Of a stretch of 64,000 nt of DNA, positions 28,023 to 38,621 are shown in pieces. Below the pieces are notes generated by a model. That model was not told the origin of the DNA. It ran no database searches and saw nothing but the letters and a program-made list of their open reading frames with translations. The stretch comes from an uncultured virus (IMG/VR IMGVR_UViG_2630968826_000003) (lineage: Duplodnaviria > Heunggongvirae > Uroviricota > Caudoviricetes): the IMG/VR virus record IMGVR_UViG_2630968826_000003. The stretch is one strand, 5' to 3'. Position numbers and translations under genes: made by a program. Each line of letters begins with the position of its first letter. Positions within the stretch are counted from its first letter, which is position 1.

Positions 28023-29726
28023 TCAGGCGATGATGTTCTGGTACTTGCTCCGGGTCTGTCCGGCCTTCGCTGCCGTCTGGTTAAATGCGCCCGCGTTCGT
28101 CGGCGTACCGACACTGGGGTGCGAATGGCTCGCGCACTGCTGCGCCAGCTCTGCCAGTAAATCAATGGTGTCCAGCATCATGGTTAGCGTATTTACGCCC
28201 TCGCTACCGATATGCACGGTTGGCCCCATAATCTGCTGACCGCCCGCTGCCACGGATTTACGTAATGCGGCAATCTTTTCTGTCAGGGTTCCCCCCACAT
28301 CAACATTCATGGCGCCGGCCACTTTCGTGGACTGCTGCCCGGCGATTTCGGTTTCTTCATTTCCTGTAATACTGGCCAGCCGGTTTCCTTTTACCGCCTG
28401 GCTGAAGTCGCCAGCACTGACCTGCTGTATGGCTCCGGCCATCAGCGTGGCGGTGCCCAGTACTGTGATTTTATCCGTGGCTTTCACCGTGGTTTCACGG
28501 CTGACCAGTTCGCGCCGTTCCGTGTCGGCTCTCACCGTCCGCGTCATTGATGTTTCACTGATGGTCTGATCCGTCTGGCGTACCCAGTCTCCTGCCTGTG
28601 TCACGCGTTGCGATACTTCCGCGCGCTGCTGTTGCAGCTGTTCGCCGGGCTTAATGTCCGGCAGACTGGTGCCATCCGGCAGCGTCTGCCTGATAAAGGG
28701 CTTGTCCGGTCTGCCGCCCGTAAACGCTACTTCTACCAGCGTTCCTTCCGGTGGAAACTGGAACATTCCCGAATCGTTACCGGCCATTGGCACCGGCAGC
28801 GGTACGGCGGAATATACCGGCGTCTGGTTGTCCGGGTTGCCGTCCGCGTCAAGCAGCTGCACGTCAACAGCGTACCGTGGCCGGAACGGGTCGGCAAAAT
28901 TACCGCTTTTTACGGCCTCGCTGGGTGCCACCACCCTGGCCAGTTTGGGCAGGTGAAGACCTGAAGCCAGTTCCGGGTAATGGCTTTCTATCTGACGCTG
29001 CGCCGGTGTTTTCTGTAATGGCTGACCTGTGGCGCGGTTCCGTGGTGTCCACGTGATGGTCATTGTGTCATTCGTCAGATGAACTTTGGTCACGCGTTCC
29101 CCGTTCACGTCCACGCCCGGACGAAGACTCTGGATCACCGGCAATGTCATGGAATTACCGCCCGCCGTTCCCTGGCTGAACTCTGCCGGGATTTCTACCG
29201 GACGTCCGGCAAACAGCGCCTTTTCTGCGCCGCCGACATACAGCGAACCATCCGGCAATGGATACCAGATGTAATCCGTGATACTGAATGCCCTGCCCAG
29301 ATTATTCAGCAGCTGGTATCCCGTCCCGTTATGGGTGAAATGGGGGATCGGTTTATCACTGTACGGCACATCCGGTACCGCAATGCTGATCCCGCTGTTT
29401 TCCTCCAGCCATCCGGCCACATCGCGCAGTGTGGGATGCTGGAATGAGCATGGCCACATCCGCTCAAATACGCCAGCCAGCTCGCGGACGAACAGACGCT
29501 GATAACCGTTTTCGGCAGGCTGTGAGCGCTCCACATAGCCGGTAAACCAGCGCAGAAGTAAACCGGAATACCCCACATCCAGCCGTACCAGTTTCCCGGT
29601 GTAGTCTGTGGTCGTCTGTGCCGTAATAAAGCCACGTCCACAGCTGTTCAGCTCCAGCACCAGACTGGCGTCAGCCAGGTGTATTTCATCCGTTGAAAGG
29701 TAAAGGCGTTTTACTGGTTTCATCAT
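28023..29726 (-). CDS. Baseplate hub/spike fusion (last HP1-type tail gene)
   Basis: 567 aa; FADPFRPRYAVDVQLLD, beta-helix-like repeats, C-terminal HSH. Confidence 0.7.
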   Translation of the reverse strand: MMKPVKRLYLSTDEIHLADASLVLELNSCGRGFITAQTTTDYTGKLVRLDVGYSGLLLRWFTGYVERSQPAENGYQRLFVRELAGVFERMWPCSFQHPTLRDVAGWLEENSGISIAVPDVPYSDKPIPHFTHNGTGYQLLNNLGRAFSITDYIWYPLPDGSLYVGGAEKALFAGRPVEIPAEFSQGTAGGNSMTLPVIQSLRPGVDVNGERVTKVHLTNDTMTITWTPRNRATGQPLQKTPAQRQIESHYPELASGLHLPKLARVVAPSEAVKSGNFADPFRPRYAVDVQLLDADGNPDNQTPVYSAVPLPVPMAGNDSGMFQFPPEGTLVEVAFTGGRPDKPFIRQTLPDGTSLPDIKPGEQLQQQRAEVSQRVTQAGDWVRQTDQTISETSMTRTVRADTERRELVSRETTVKATDKITVLGTATLMAGAIQQVSAGDFSQAVKGNRLASITGNEETEIAGQQSTKVAGAMNVDVGGTLTEKIAALRKSVAAGGQQIMGPTVHIGSEGVNTLTMMLDTIDLLAELAQQCASHSHPSVGTPTNAGAFNQTAAKAGQTRSKYQNIIA

Positions 29727-30271
29727 TAACCTAAAGCATCATTGACGGGCTTCAGCACCCTGCGTTCAAACCACGTCAGTTTTTCTTCATCCTCTCCGGC
29801 ACTCTGGCCACCGGATTGTCCCGTACTGCTGGCCGTCTGTTTTTTTGCCGTTGTTTTACCGGTTGCCCTGGCTTCCCGCTTCTCCTGTACGCTGACATGT
29901 TCCGCCAGGGTGAACGTGACCAGCCAGGCCATTTTCCCGTCCTGCGGCGGTGCATCCAGCATTCCGCTGAAGGTGGCCTCACGAAAATTCACCGCTCTGG
30001 CCACCTCATGCGCAACGCGGTATTTCATGCGTTTCCCGTCTGCATCGGTGGCGCTGGCCAGTTCAAAAATACGCTTCAGGATCTCCGGGTTTTTAAAGGG
30101 TATTTCGCCGCTGATACGCAGCTCTTTGCCCTTTGCCCCCTGCTCCGATTTGGTGGTCGCGCTGGTCTGACCGGACTGGTCTTTATCCTGAAACTGCTGG
30201 GAAACGGTCACGCGCATGTTTTTCAGCAGTATGGCCTCACCATTAAGCGCCAGTGTCGGGATCGACGTCAT
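29726..30271 (-). CDS. Baseplate/tail protein (HP1 type)
   Basis: DKDQSGQTSAT...EQGAKGKEL; position in tail operon. Confidence 0.65.
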   Translation of the reverse strand: MTSIPTLALNGEAILLKNMRVTVSQQFQDKDQSGQTSATTKSEQGAKGKELRISGEIPFKNPEILKRIFELASATDADGKRMKYRVAHEVARAVNFREATFSGMLDAPPQDGKMAWLVTFTLAEHVSVQEKREARATGKTTAKKQTASSTGQSGGQSAGEDEEKLTWFERRVLKPVNDALG

Positions 30272-30968
30272 GAATCATGCCCCTTATTCCATCAAGATTT
30301 TTTCCGGCCAGCATGATTGCCGCAGTATAAACGGCTGAAGGCTGCGGAATGTCCTTTACCAGCGCCAGAAGGGTGGCGGCGGTGTCGCCACTGGCCGTAA
30401 ATACCCATGCCCTGGCGCTTTTCCGCTGCAAATCAGCAAGGCCGCTGGCCACCTCGTTAATCAGGCTGTCACGCAGTTGCGTAAACTCCCCCAGCTGTTT
30501 TTTCAGGCCGTCCAGGCTGAATCCGGCGCCAGCCGCTTTCTGCGCCTCACTGACAGCGGCAGCGGATAACGCTGCCCTGCTGGTCGGAACGGACAGCGGA
30601 ATGGCAACCGGCAGTCCTGCCCCGGCTTTCGCGGGGATCTGCATTTTCTCAGTAGCCAGTGTCGCCGCAGACTCAGCCAGACGTCTGACCTGGGTGAATG
30701 CGGGCGCGGGGAAAACATCCACCAGGCTGTTAAGCCCCTTCATGAAGTTTTCATGGGTCTGTCCCGTTACCATCATGATCACCACATCGGTATTGCCTCC
30801 CGTTCCGGCCAGCCTTTCCGCCAGATAATGGATTGCGTTGACCGGACTCAGGTATGCCCCGTTATCTGTCTGTTGCCCCAGACCGTGAATCCACGGATGC
30901 GCCGGAACGACGGAACAATCCAGCGCAGCCAGTGAATCCGTAAAAGCCAGACGCGCTTCACGCCACAT
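30243..30968 (-). CDS. Conserved HP1-type tail-region protein
   Basis: Start MWREARL; HPW...YLSPVNA. Confidence 0.65.
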   Translation of the reverse strand: MWREARLAFTDSLAALDCSVVPAHPWIHGLGQQTDNGAYLSPVNAIHYLAERLAGTGGNTDVVIMMVTGQTHENFMKGLNSLVDVFPAPAFTQVRRLAESAATLATEKMQIPAKAGAGLPVAIPLSVPTSRAALSAAAVSEAQKAAGAGFSLDGLKKQLGEFTQLRDSLINEVASGLADLQRKSARAWVFTASGDTAATLLALVKDIPQPSAVYTAAIMLAGKNLDGIRGMIHDVDPDTGA

Positions 30969-31515
30969 CCGGCACCTCCGGCCAGTCAGGGGAAGCTGTA
31001 TCCACACGGTTTACCATTACGCTGTAGAGTTCCCAGGCGTCCAGCCGTTTAATCTCCTCATCTGTGGCAATTTTTAGTTTTACTGCCCGCGCCAGTGGTG
31101 CAATGGCTGATTCAGCCTCAGCAAGGCGGCGAACTTTTTCATCCTCCGCCTTTTTACGCAGCTCTTCCGGCGAATAAACCCGTTGAACGACTTTACCGCC
31201 TTTAAACTGCCAGCCGCCTGAAATATCAGCGCGACGGTTTTCATCCGTATCAGGCAACTCTGCAACGCTCTGGCCCGCAGGCCACAAACCGGAAATATCG
31301 CGCGTGATACACGTAATGACGTCATTATCGTCGTAGGTAATTTTCAGCGTGTCTTCTGAAAATAATTTCTGGCACTTATACCAGTCCTGACCATCCTCTG
31401 ATTTAAGATGCGCCACACCGGGGAATAGTGCCTCCTCTGGTTCCGGTGTATAAGGGATGAATTTTTTAATATTTAAAAACTGTTCGTTCTTTTTATTTTT
31501 TGCCACTTTCATCAT
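30958..31515 (-). CDS. Tail fibre assembly chaperone
   Basis: SEDGQDWY, LWPAGQSVAE, C-terminal IAPL...ATDEE...WPEVP. Confidence 0.88.
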   Translation of the reverse strand: MMKVAKNKKNEQFLNIKKFIPYTPEPEEALFPGVAHLKSEDGQDWYKCQKLFSEDTLKITYDDNDVITCITRDISGLWPAGQSVAELPDTDENRRADISGGWQFKGGKVVQRVYSPEELRKKAEDEKVRRLAEAESAIAPLARAVKLKIATDEEIKRLDAWELYSVMVNRVDTASPDWPEVPDVA

Positions 31516-31524
31516 TATTCCTTC

Positions 31525-33630
31525 TTATACACTTGGGGCTGTTACCCACGTATCACCAATCAGATACTGAATGGGACGGTAATAAACCTTGTCATCATCA
31601 CCTTCCATTTCCCAGCTACCGTCAGTATGGAACCCCGTCACCACCTGTCCGCCGCCAAGCTGAAAATCACGCCACAGACCGCCAGAAAGCGCCACGGGGC
31701 CAAGTCTGACCGCTTTTACTACATTGTTGTGAATCCAGGTACTTAACCAGCCATTTCCCCACAACGAACCAAAGATGTCGCCGTTATTCTGATAGATAGC
31801 CCCGCCTGCACGAAGCGTGTTAGCGGTGATATCTCCATTGACCGTAAAGACAATCGAACCGTCAGGATTTCGCTGGCTGTACAGATGCCATCCCTGATCG
31901 TCGTCCAGTTCAATAACTGTTGGCCTGTTTGCGTCGCCCCATAAATTAAACGTGGCTGTCATTGTCGAATTATTATTGCTCGTCAGTGACAGTTTTTTTG
32001 CGTTGCCTGCGCGTACGGCACCATTAGTGAGAACATCTACTGACATGTGCAGCCCGGAATTGTCGATATAACCAACCAGAGCATTATTGGCATAAATCCC
32101 CAGAACGCCGTCACTGTGCCACTTAAACCCTGTATCGTTATCGCCGAATACAATCGAATTACCACCAAGCGCATTATCAGCACCAATTCCTAAAGACCCA
32201 TTAATCCGCCCCCCGGTAATCGGCAATGCACCCACATCACCGGCTGAAGGTTTATTTGCGGTGTTGTAGTCAATAACCCACGGGCGGCTGGTATTCGGTA
32301 CCGTTCCCCAGTCCTGGCGCTTTGCGTTCGCGCCCATATGCGCGTAATAGTGCTGAAACCAGACTTCCCCGATTTTCTCAACAAACATATATCCGTAGCT
32401 GTACAGCTTGCTGCCATCCGGATAGGCCGGAAAATCAGCGACCGTATCAGAATTCGACACCGCCACCCGCCACCATCCTGGAGTATTAGCTGATGCCATC
32501 GTGCCGTTATCGGTAATCTGTCCAATGGCATCGGCGGAAATAGCCTTCACATCTGACGCCCACAGGGTGATATCCCCGGATAATGGATGCCCATTGACCT
32601 TACGGTCTGACGGGACACGCCCGTTCGCATTATCCATAGCCGCTTTAACCGCTTTCGGCGTTGCGGCCAGCATCTCCGACTCACTGTTCGTATCACTGCT
32701 TAACTGCACAAACCCTTTTTCGCGGGTTGTGGCGTCCGGATGGTTACGGGATTGTTCATGTTTTCTCAGCGCATCGCTGGCCTGCTGCTCATTCAGCGTC
32801 CCTTTCGGGCGTAAATCCGTAATATTGCCGTTTTCATCAATACCCGCCACCGCAAACACATAATGCTGTACGCCGTTCTGCACATAATCCGCCAGGTTGT
32901 CAGCAACCGTAATACGGGACTGCACACCCCACACGCTGGTAAGCGTTCCTGTCCAGCATACATCCAGCCAGACTTTGACCGGCCTGGTTGTCACGGTAAT
33001 ATTCAGGTTTTCTGCAAGCGTTGTGCGCAGCCCTGCCACATAGCCGGTACCTTTGGTCACATAAAACTGATTCCCGCTTTTCCCGACCAGATAGCCGTCA
33101 CCAAAAAACGCCGCCGCCCCGAAGATGTCGATATTTTCCAGGCGCTGGCGCTCGTCCATTCCGGCCATACGTGCGGTAAAGTCAATCTGCCAGGTCTCAG
33201 CAGGCGTATTAATTCCGGTTTCAGCCTGTGCGCCGTTATATTCCATCAGAAACGAGCGCGTAAGCACGTTCCCCTGTTGCCCTTCAGCTGTTTTAAGTTT
33301 TTGCTGTAATGGCGCATGAACAATCATTGCCAGCGTACCGCTGGCTTTATTCAGCAATCCAATCCAGTTAAAGGAAAAATCCCCCACGTCCGCCCCCAGT
33401 ACGACGGAATGCACCACGGCGTTGTCATTCACCACACCCTTACGGCTGACGGCCTGCCGGTGAACAATCTGTTCAGCCGGTGGCAGGGTTTCATTGCGGT
33501 CAACCGGCTGATCCGGATCAAGTCCCGGTACGTTAGCGAACACAAATTCATCCAGCAGGACAGGCTCCCCCGTGGCACCCTGTTGCGCTTTCCACTGTTC
33601 AAATGCCAGTGTAATTGTTGTCTGTGACAT
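31525..33630 (-). CDS. Tail fibre protein
   Basis: GDFSFNWIGL collar, HPDATTREKGFVQLS, AATPKAVK, YRPIQY C-terminus. Confidence 0.92.
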   Translation of the reverse strand: MSQTTITLAFEQWKAQQGATGEPVLLDEFVFANVPGLDPDQPVDRNETLPPAEQIVHRQAVSRKGVVNDNAVVHSVVLGADVGDFSFNWIGLLNKASGTLAMIVHAPLQQKLKTAEGQQGNVLTRSFLMEYNGAQAETGINTPAETWQIDFTARMAGMDERQRLENIDIFGAAAFFGDGYLVGKSGNQFYVTKGTGYVAGLRTTLAENLNITVTTRPVKVWLDVCWTGTLTSVWGVQSRITVADNLADYVQNGVQHYVFAVAGIDENGNITDLRPKGTLNEQQASDALRKHEQSRNHPDATTREKGFVQLSSDTNSESEMLAATPKAVKAAMDNANGRVPSDRKVNGHPLSGDITLWASDVKAISADAIGQITDNGTMASANTPGWWRVAVSNSDTVADFPAYPDGSKLYSYGYMFVEKIGEVWFQHYYAHMGANAKRQDWGTVPNTSRPWVIDYNTANKPSAGDVGALPITGGRINGSLGIGADNALGGNSIVFGDNDTGFKWHSDGVLGIYANNALVGYIDNSGLHMSVDVLTNGAVRAGNAKKLSLTSNNNSTMTATFNLWGDANRPTVIELDDDQGWHLYSQRNPDGSIVFTVNGDITANTLRAGGAIYQNNGDIFGSLWGNGWLSTWIHNNVVKAVRLGPVALSGGLWRDFQLGGGQVVTGFHTDGSWEMEGDDDKVYYRPIQYLIGDTWVTAPSV

Positions 33631-33639
33631 ATAATCCCC

Positions 33640-34227
33640 TTATAACCCTGCGCTGTACGTCGCGTTGCTGGTTTCCGTACCGCTCAGTGCTGCCGGATAA
33701 ACCACATATTCCCCCTGATCCCATCCCGCCCGGATAGTCAGCCGTTCGGACGTGATCACTTCAAACTGGTAACGGCGGCATGTCCGCCCGTACTGCCGGA
33801 TAATCTGGATCATCAACTGCGTGTTAGTCGCAATCTGGCTGTCCGTGACGCGAACCTGAATCACATCCCAGTCAATGCCCGGCTGGCGCTCCATCAGTTC
33901 AACGTACCCGATCCCCAGCCGCTCAAAGATACTGATAAATCCCTCAACAGAACCGGCGTCACGCGCATTCACGAAGGCATACGCCACACGCCTGCGGAAC
34001 AGTTCCAGCGGCTCCCCGTCAAAGCGGGAAATGTCCCGGTCATACGCCAGCAGGTTAAGTAATGCCGGTGTACAGGTCAGCGGATCAAACTGGTTCAGTG
34101 GCCACGTCACCCAGCCGTACACCTCCGCCCAGAATCGCCGCGCCGTTTGCAGCAGTTTTCGCGGCTCGCCCCTGTCCATCCAGGAGGGAAGTACCATTCC
34201 GGCCAGTTTTTTCATGAACTCATTCAT
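33640..34227 (-). CDS. Tail/baseplate protein (gpI-like)
   Basis: QFDPLTC..LL.LLAY.RDI, QYGRTCRRY. Confidence 0.8.
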   Translation of the reverse strand: MNEFMKKLAGMVLPSWMDRGEPRKLLQTARRFWAEVYGWVTWPLNQFDPLTCTPALLNLLAYDRDISRFDGEPLELFRRRVAYAFVNARDAGSVEGFISIFERLGIGYVELMERQPGIDWDVIQVRVTDSQIATNTQLMIQIIRQYGRTCRRYQFEVITSERLTIRAGWDQGEYVVYPAALSGTETSNATYSAGL

Positions 34228-35404
34228 TCTCAATACTCACCACAAGCGATTTCAGGCGCGGCACATTCAGCTCACTGGCAATGTCATCCAGCGAAAAATT
34301 CAGCGATTCCGTTACCGGAAAGTTTTTATGGATTTCGCGCCCCAGCTGCGAGAAGGAGAACCGTGAATACGGCCACGTCCTTCTGACGTCATAGTCCGTA
34401 TTTTCCCGGAAGGCGCACCGGATCAGATTTTCAATACCGTCCTTCAGGCGCTTCTGTTCATCATCACTGATGTTGTTCAGGTTCCTGACCCAGACAGTGA
34501 CCGCCAGATCGTGCAGGGTTTCCGGCATGGCATAACACTGCATATCGTCCCCGTGGCCGTGATGCCCCTGCGTGTTGATATAGTCATTCACGGCATCCAC
34601 AAACGGCGCAGAAGCCACGCCGCTGTCCAGCAATAAATAGGCGTTGGCTGTCCCCGGCCCCCTCGGTGCTTCGTGCTCAAAGAAAATCCGGTCAATGCTC
34701 AGTCCGGCAACACCGGCTATCATCGACCGGTACACCGCGTCCGTGTGGTAGTTGCCCACCAGGTTAAACTGGTTACGGCAACGCTCACGCAGCTCATCAT
34801 CGCTTTCCTCATCCGCGCCCGGTACGGTCAGCCAGTTCTCTTCACTGGCCACATGGCTGATGCCGTCCACGGCCACCGGCAGAATGCGGTAATATCCCGG
34901 CGCAAGGTTATATGCGCCGCCCGTTCCCGTTGCCTTTACCGGCAGCAGTGCGCTGGCGGTACCGGAGGCGATCACCACATCTTCCGTGATGGCCAGTTCA
35001 TACACCCTGCCGTTAATACGTTCTGTCTGTATCACCGTTCCGGCCTTCACCGTCACCACGGCGCTGGCGTCTTCCTTGTAAAAACGGATAACGCCCTGTG
35101 CAGCGCTGGCGGGCTTCGGCGTGATATTCACCGCCCATGCCAGCAGCCGTAACATGCTTCCACTGGCCGTGGCCACAAACATATTTGCCAGTACGGTGGA
35201 GATCAGAACCTCCTTCAGCCACATCACCGGCGCGGTTACAATGGCCGTGACCAGTCGCCAGAACGGAGACATACGGGAGGTATTCGTGATAATTCCCTCC
35301 TCCGTCGCAATGGCATTAAAGCGATCGCGAATCTCTTCTTCCGTCACCGGCATACCGCTGGCTTTCACCACCTCTTCAAAGTCAACCTGTGGCTTTTCCG
35401 TCAT
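34220..35404 (-). CDS. Baseplate J-like protein
   Basis: PGADEESDDELRER, APRGPGT. Confidence 0.88.
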   Translation of the reverse strand: MTEKPQVDFEEVVKASGMPVTEEEIRDRFNAIATEEGIITNTSRMSPFWRLVTAIVTAPVMWLKEVLISTVLANMFVATASGSMLRLLAWAVNITPKPASAAQGVIRFYKEDASAVVTVKAGTVIQTERINGRVYELAITEDVVIASGTASALLPVKATGTGGAYNLAPGYYRILPVAVDGISHVASEENWLTVPGADEESDDELRERCRNQFNLVGNYHTDAVYRSMIAGVAGLSIDRIFFEHEAPRGPGTANAYLLLDSGVASAPFVDAVNDYINTQGHHGHGDDMQCYAMPETLHDLAVTVWVRNLNNISDDEQKRLKDGIENLIRCAFRENTDYDVRRTWPYSRFSFSQLGREIHKNFPVTESLNFSLDDIASELNVPRLKSLVVSIENE

Positions 35405-35730
35405 AAATCCACCTGTACCGATATTCCGCCAAAGTCATAAGTACTGGCCGTGATCCACAACCGTGTCCGGCTTTCTTCACCGATTTCCACCGTCCCCGGA
35501 ACGATGCGCTCATCATCTTCAATCAGTAATTCCATGCGGGTAAAAATATCTGCCCGCATGGTCGGGCTTCTCTCGGCAATTAATTCCGTTGCCAGACCGC
35601 TTTCAATAATGGAATGAATAATGTCCTGCCCGATACTTTTACGGTTATTACATAATTCAGGTTCATTACCGGTATTCAGGACAAAGTCATTCCCCTGAAT
35701 TAATAAATCAACATACAGGATTTCATTCAT
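35401..35730 (-). CDS. Baseplate W-like protein (DUF2590)
   Basis: SIGQDIIHSIIESGL, EDDERIVPGT. Confidence 0.78.
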   Translation of the reverse strand: MNEILYVDLLIQGNDFVLNTGNEPELCNNRKSIGQDIIHSIIESGLATELIAERSPTMRADIFTRMELLIEDDERIVPGTVEIGEESRTRLWITASTYDFGGISVQVDL

Positions 35731-37697
35731 ACGCCCAGCTCCTGAAACTCCATTAACTGCCCCGGCGTTATCATTTCTTTTGGATAGATATTGACAGTAT
35801 TAATTTTCCGGCTGTTATCCGTCACAGACCTTGAGTTATTACTGACAGATTTACTGATACCACCTTTATCAATTCCTTTTAGCTCACCACCTGTAGATAA
35901 ATTATTTACTGTTAATGGTGGCGAAGAGGTTTCATTAGCCATTGAGATATCAACGCCGGGTATTTTATTCAGCTTCTCAACAATCCAGTTCCACGATTTC
36001 AGAAAACCACCTTTAACGGACTGCCAGACATTATCAAACATGGATACAATACCCGACGCCAGTCCACTTAATGCCTGTGAGGGTGAAAACCCTGTTAATA
36101 GCGCAATAAAACTGTTCCAGCCTTCACTGATAAATTGCCACGCTGTGGAAAACACCCCGGCCAGCCACGCCACCACCCTGGCACACGCCTGAAACGCGGA
36201 TGTTTCCATAACAGCTGCTTTCACCGTATCCCAGTGTTTAATCAGCAACCAGCAACCCGCCGCAAGCAATGCTATCGCCCCGATCACAAGCAAGACCGGC
36301 CAGCTCATAAAATTAATGGCAGTGCCTGTCATAATAGCTTGCATACGGAGTGCAAGAAGAATGCCTCGCAATGATTTCATGACATTAGCCCACGCCAGCT
36401 TTGCTTTTGTGTTAAGCCACGTCCAGGCCGTATCGATTTTGGTAACCGCTGTGAGTAACTTCCATACCCCCTTCCAACCCATCATGATGAACTTTGAAAC
36501 TCCCATGACGATATTGGCAACCGCACCCACTGCCGCAAACCCCAGCAAAGCCATAGCGGCATAGCCAATAACACGGGCAATGTTGGGAAATAGCTGCATC
36601 CATCTGGCAAATGTCTGTCCCATATCCGCCAGACGATTCAGCACCGGATACAATACCGGGATTAGTGTCAGCCCTATTACGGTCTGAATGGCTTTCAGGA
36701 TTTGTACAAACCGATCCCACGGTTTCACCAGTTTACTGGCCATCTCCTGCGTACGTTTCAGACCGTCAGATCCGCCCAGTTCGGTGATGTTCCTCTGGAG
36801 AAGCGCCACATTACCGTAAAGGTGTTTGACCACAGCCGAACTGTCACCGAATGCCGCATCCAGTTCCGCCTGGGCTTTCAGATTCCCTTCCAGGCTCTTG
36901 CCGTATTTGCCCTGCAATTTAATCAGCATCTCAGGCATGGACAGCATTTTTCCGGTGGCGTCAGTAAAGGACAGACCCAGTTTTTTTGCCCCTTCAACTG
37001 CCCCCGTCATAAAGCCCTCATAGGCGCTGCTGGCTTCCGTTCCCAGCGTGCGGTTCAATTGCCCCAGTACCGCCAGCTGTTCATCCAGTCCGACACCGTA
37101 GTTAGTCCCCACGCCGCGTGCACCTTCCATCAAATCCTTAATCGTCGCCATTTCAGTACCGAACGTTTTACGCATATACACCATTTTTCCGGCCAGCTGT
37201 TCAGCGAACTGAACCTTGCCCAGACGCTCCGCATCGGCGGAAAAATTACCAAACATCTGCCCCATAAATTCCGCCGTTTCTGCGGCGGTGGATTTCAGTG
37301 CAAACGCCAGGGTATTAGCAACTTTTGTCACTTTCGGCAGTTCATTACCGGTCAGCCCGGCAATGGCGGAATTAATACTTTCAGTGGACTGAACAAATTC
37401 CACCGCACTGGCGCCATAAGTTGTACTGAAGCGCAGGGCATCCCGCTGTACGGCTTTTAATGCCTGATCATCAATCCCTTTTGATGCTGCATCATTCAGC
37501 GCATCATACATTTCAATTGCCGGTGATAACGCACCCCGTATGGCCATTCCTGTACCCGCTAAAGCCAGCACACCACCGCCAATCTGCATAAAGGCCGCTT
37601 TTGATTTTTCCGCAAAGCCGGTGACGCTGCTCTGTGCCTGTTTTAACGGGCGGGACAGCTTATCAATCAGGCTTAATGTAAAATCTAACTGTTTCAT
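35727..37697 (-). CDS. Tail tape measure protein
   Basis: 656 aa, Ala/Gly-rich, Trp-spaced repeats in the C-terminal half. Confidence 0.92.
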   Translation of the reverse strand: MKQLDFTLSLIDKLSRPLKQAQSSVTGFAEKSKAAFMQIGGGVLALAGTGMAIRGALSPAIEMYDALNDAASKGIDDQALKAVQRDALRFSTTYGASAVEFVQSTESINSAIAGLTGNELPKVTKVANTLAFALKSTAAETAEFMGQMFGNFSADAERLGKVQFAEQLAGKMVYMRKTFGTEMATIKDLMEGARGVGTNYGVGLDEQLAVLGQLNRTLGTEASSAYEGFMTGAVEGAKKLGLSFTDATGKMLSMPEMLIKLQGKYGKSLEGNLKAQAELDAAFGDSSAVVKHLYGNVALLQRNITELGGSDGLKRTQEMASKLVKPWDRFVQILKAIQTVIGLTLIPVLYPVLNRLADMGQTFARWMQLFPNIARVIGYAAMALLGFAAVGAVANIVMGVSKFIMMGWKGVWKLLTAVTKIDTAWTWLNTKAKLAWANVMKSLRGILLALRMQAIMTGTAINFMSWPVLLVIGAIALLAAGCWLLIKHWDTVKAAVMETSAFQACARVVAWLAGVFSTAWQFISEGWNSFIALLTGFSPSQALSGLASGIVSMFDNVWQSVKGGFLKSWNWIVEKLNKIPGVDISMANETSSPPLTVNNLSTGGELKGIDKGGISKSVSNNSRSVTDNSRKINTVNIYPKEMITPGQLMEFQELGV

Positions 37698-37894
37698 TCT
37701 GTGCCTTTAAATGCTTTAGCCACACCATTGGCTACAGCAATTCCTGTATATTCCCAGTGACGATTATCCAGCCAGATAGCGGCGGCAATATCGTCAACGG
37801 AATCCTGACCATGTGGTAAATAATGACGGCGAAGTATTAAATATTGTTCGAGTCCGTTCTGTTCAATTGCCCGGACTCGCTTTGTCAGTTTTTT
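37694..37894 (-). CDS. -1 frameshift extension of the tail assembly chaperone
   Basis: A-AAA-AAC slippery site (37894-37888) before the stop; -1 frame open (LTKRVRAIEQNG...KAFKGTE) to a TGA overlapping the tape-measure ATG. Confidence 0.72.
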   Translation of the reverse strand, partial: KKLTKRVRAIEQNGLEQYLILRRHYLPHGQDSVDDIAAAIWLDNRHWEYTGIAVANGVAKAFKGTE

Positions 37895-38142
37895 ACTTCA
37901 ATTTCCAGTTCAGGGGCGTAAATATCATTAACCTTACTGACAAGCTGAAGCGCAGCGCCCGGACGTTTTAATATTTCAGCTAAAGCTTCCTTGCTTTCCG
38001 TTGCAACAATACGCGTCAGGTAGTTATGTGCAGGTGCCACTTTATTGTCCATTGCCATTTCATTAATAAACTTATTATAGGCGGTCTGATTTGGTTCAAA
38101 AATAATATCAGTCCCACAGACACACAGTTTAATTTTTTCCAT
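37885..38142 (-). CDS. Tail assembly chaperone
   Basis: MEKIKL...AYNKFINE...NKVAPAHNYL; upstream of the tape measure gene. Confidence 0.78.
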   Translation of the reverse strand: MEKIKLCVCGTDIIFEPNQTAYNKFINEMAMDNKVAPAHNYLTRIVATESKEALAEILKRPGAALQLVSKVNDIYAPELEIEVKN

Positions 38143-38428
38143 ATAAAAGACTCTCTCTACGATTAATTTCATCTATTAACTGATTATGGCGTGCTGCGCA
38201 CTGACCATAAATTTCAAGATACGCATTCAACAGTTCCGCAGCATCTTTACCCGTAGTCCCTTTCAGGCGCGGCAGCTGCGTGACGCATTTAGTTTTCAGG
38301 TTTTCCTGATAACGCACGTTCGGTACTGGCGGCGGCGTCGTTGTACATGCGGACAAAGTCGTCAGACAGGCACACGTTAGTAAACACCGGCTTAACCACC
38401 TCCGTACGAATTTCACGCGGCGGTGCAT
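38129..38428 (-). CDS. o-spanin (Rz1-like), start uncertain
   Basis: Lipobox LSAC followed by a Pro-rich linker, YGQCAARH; overlaps the i-spanin. Confidence 0.7.
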   Translation of the reverse strand: MHRRVKFVRRWLSRCLLTCACLTTLSACTTTPPPVPNVRYQENLKTKCVTQLPRLKGTTGKDAAELLNAYLEIYGQCAARHNQLIDEINRRESLLYGKN

Positions 38429-38621
38429 TTTTCAAAGCCTCCAGTTGTTCTTCCAGTTTTCGCCCGGATTCACTGGCCATGCTCGCCAGCGTTTCCCCGG
38501 TAGCGCTGGCTGACCGGCTGATGGCCAGATCGATACTGTCACGCTGCCAGTTAGCCGCCTTCCAGCCTGCCCAGAAGGCCAGAACAACCGTTATAAGCCA
38601 GCCCGCCACCACACGATCCAT
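38289..38621 (-). CDS. i-spanin (Rz-like)
   Basis: N-terminal TM, coiled coil, EVVKPVFTNVCL; follows the endolysin. Confidence 0.72.
   Translation of the reverse strand: MDRVVAGWLITVVLAFWAGWKAANWQRDSIDLAISRSASATGETLASMASESGRKLEEQLEALKNAPPREIRTEVVKPVFTNVCLSDDFVRMYNDAAASTERALSGKPEN

Noticed and set aside
27918..28165. Short ORFs around the end of the prophage 2 tail operon
   Set aside because: They overlap the last tail gene and its terminator-like hairpin (about 27988-28012); no SD or motifs
30958..33630. Invertible tail-fibre cassette or diversity-generating retroelement
   Set aside because: No invertase, reverse transcriptase, inverted second fibre end or template repeat seen in the window
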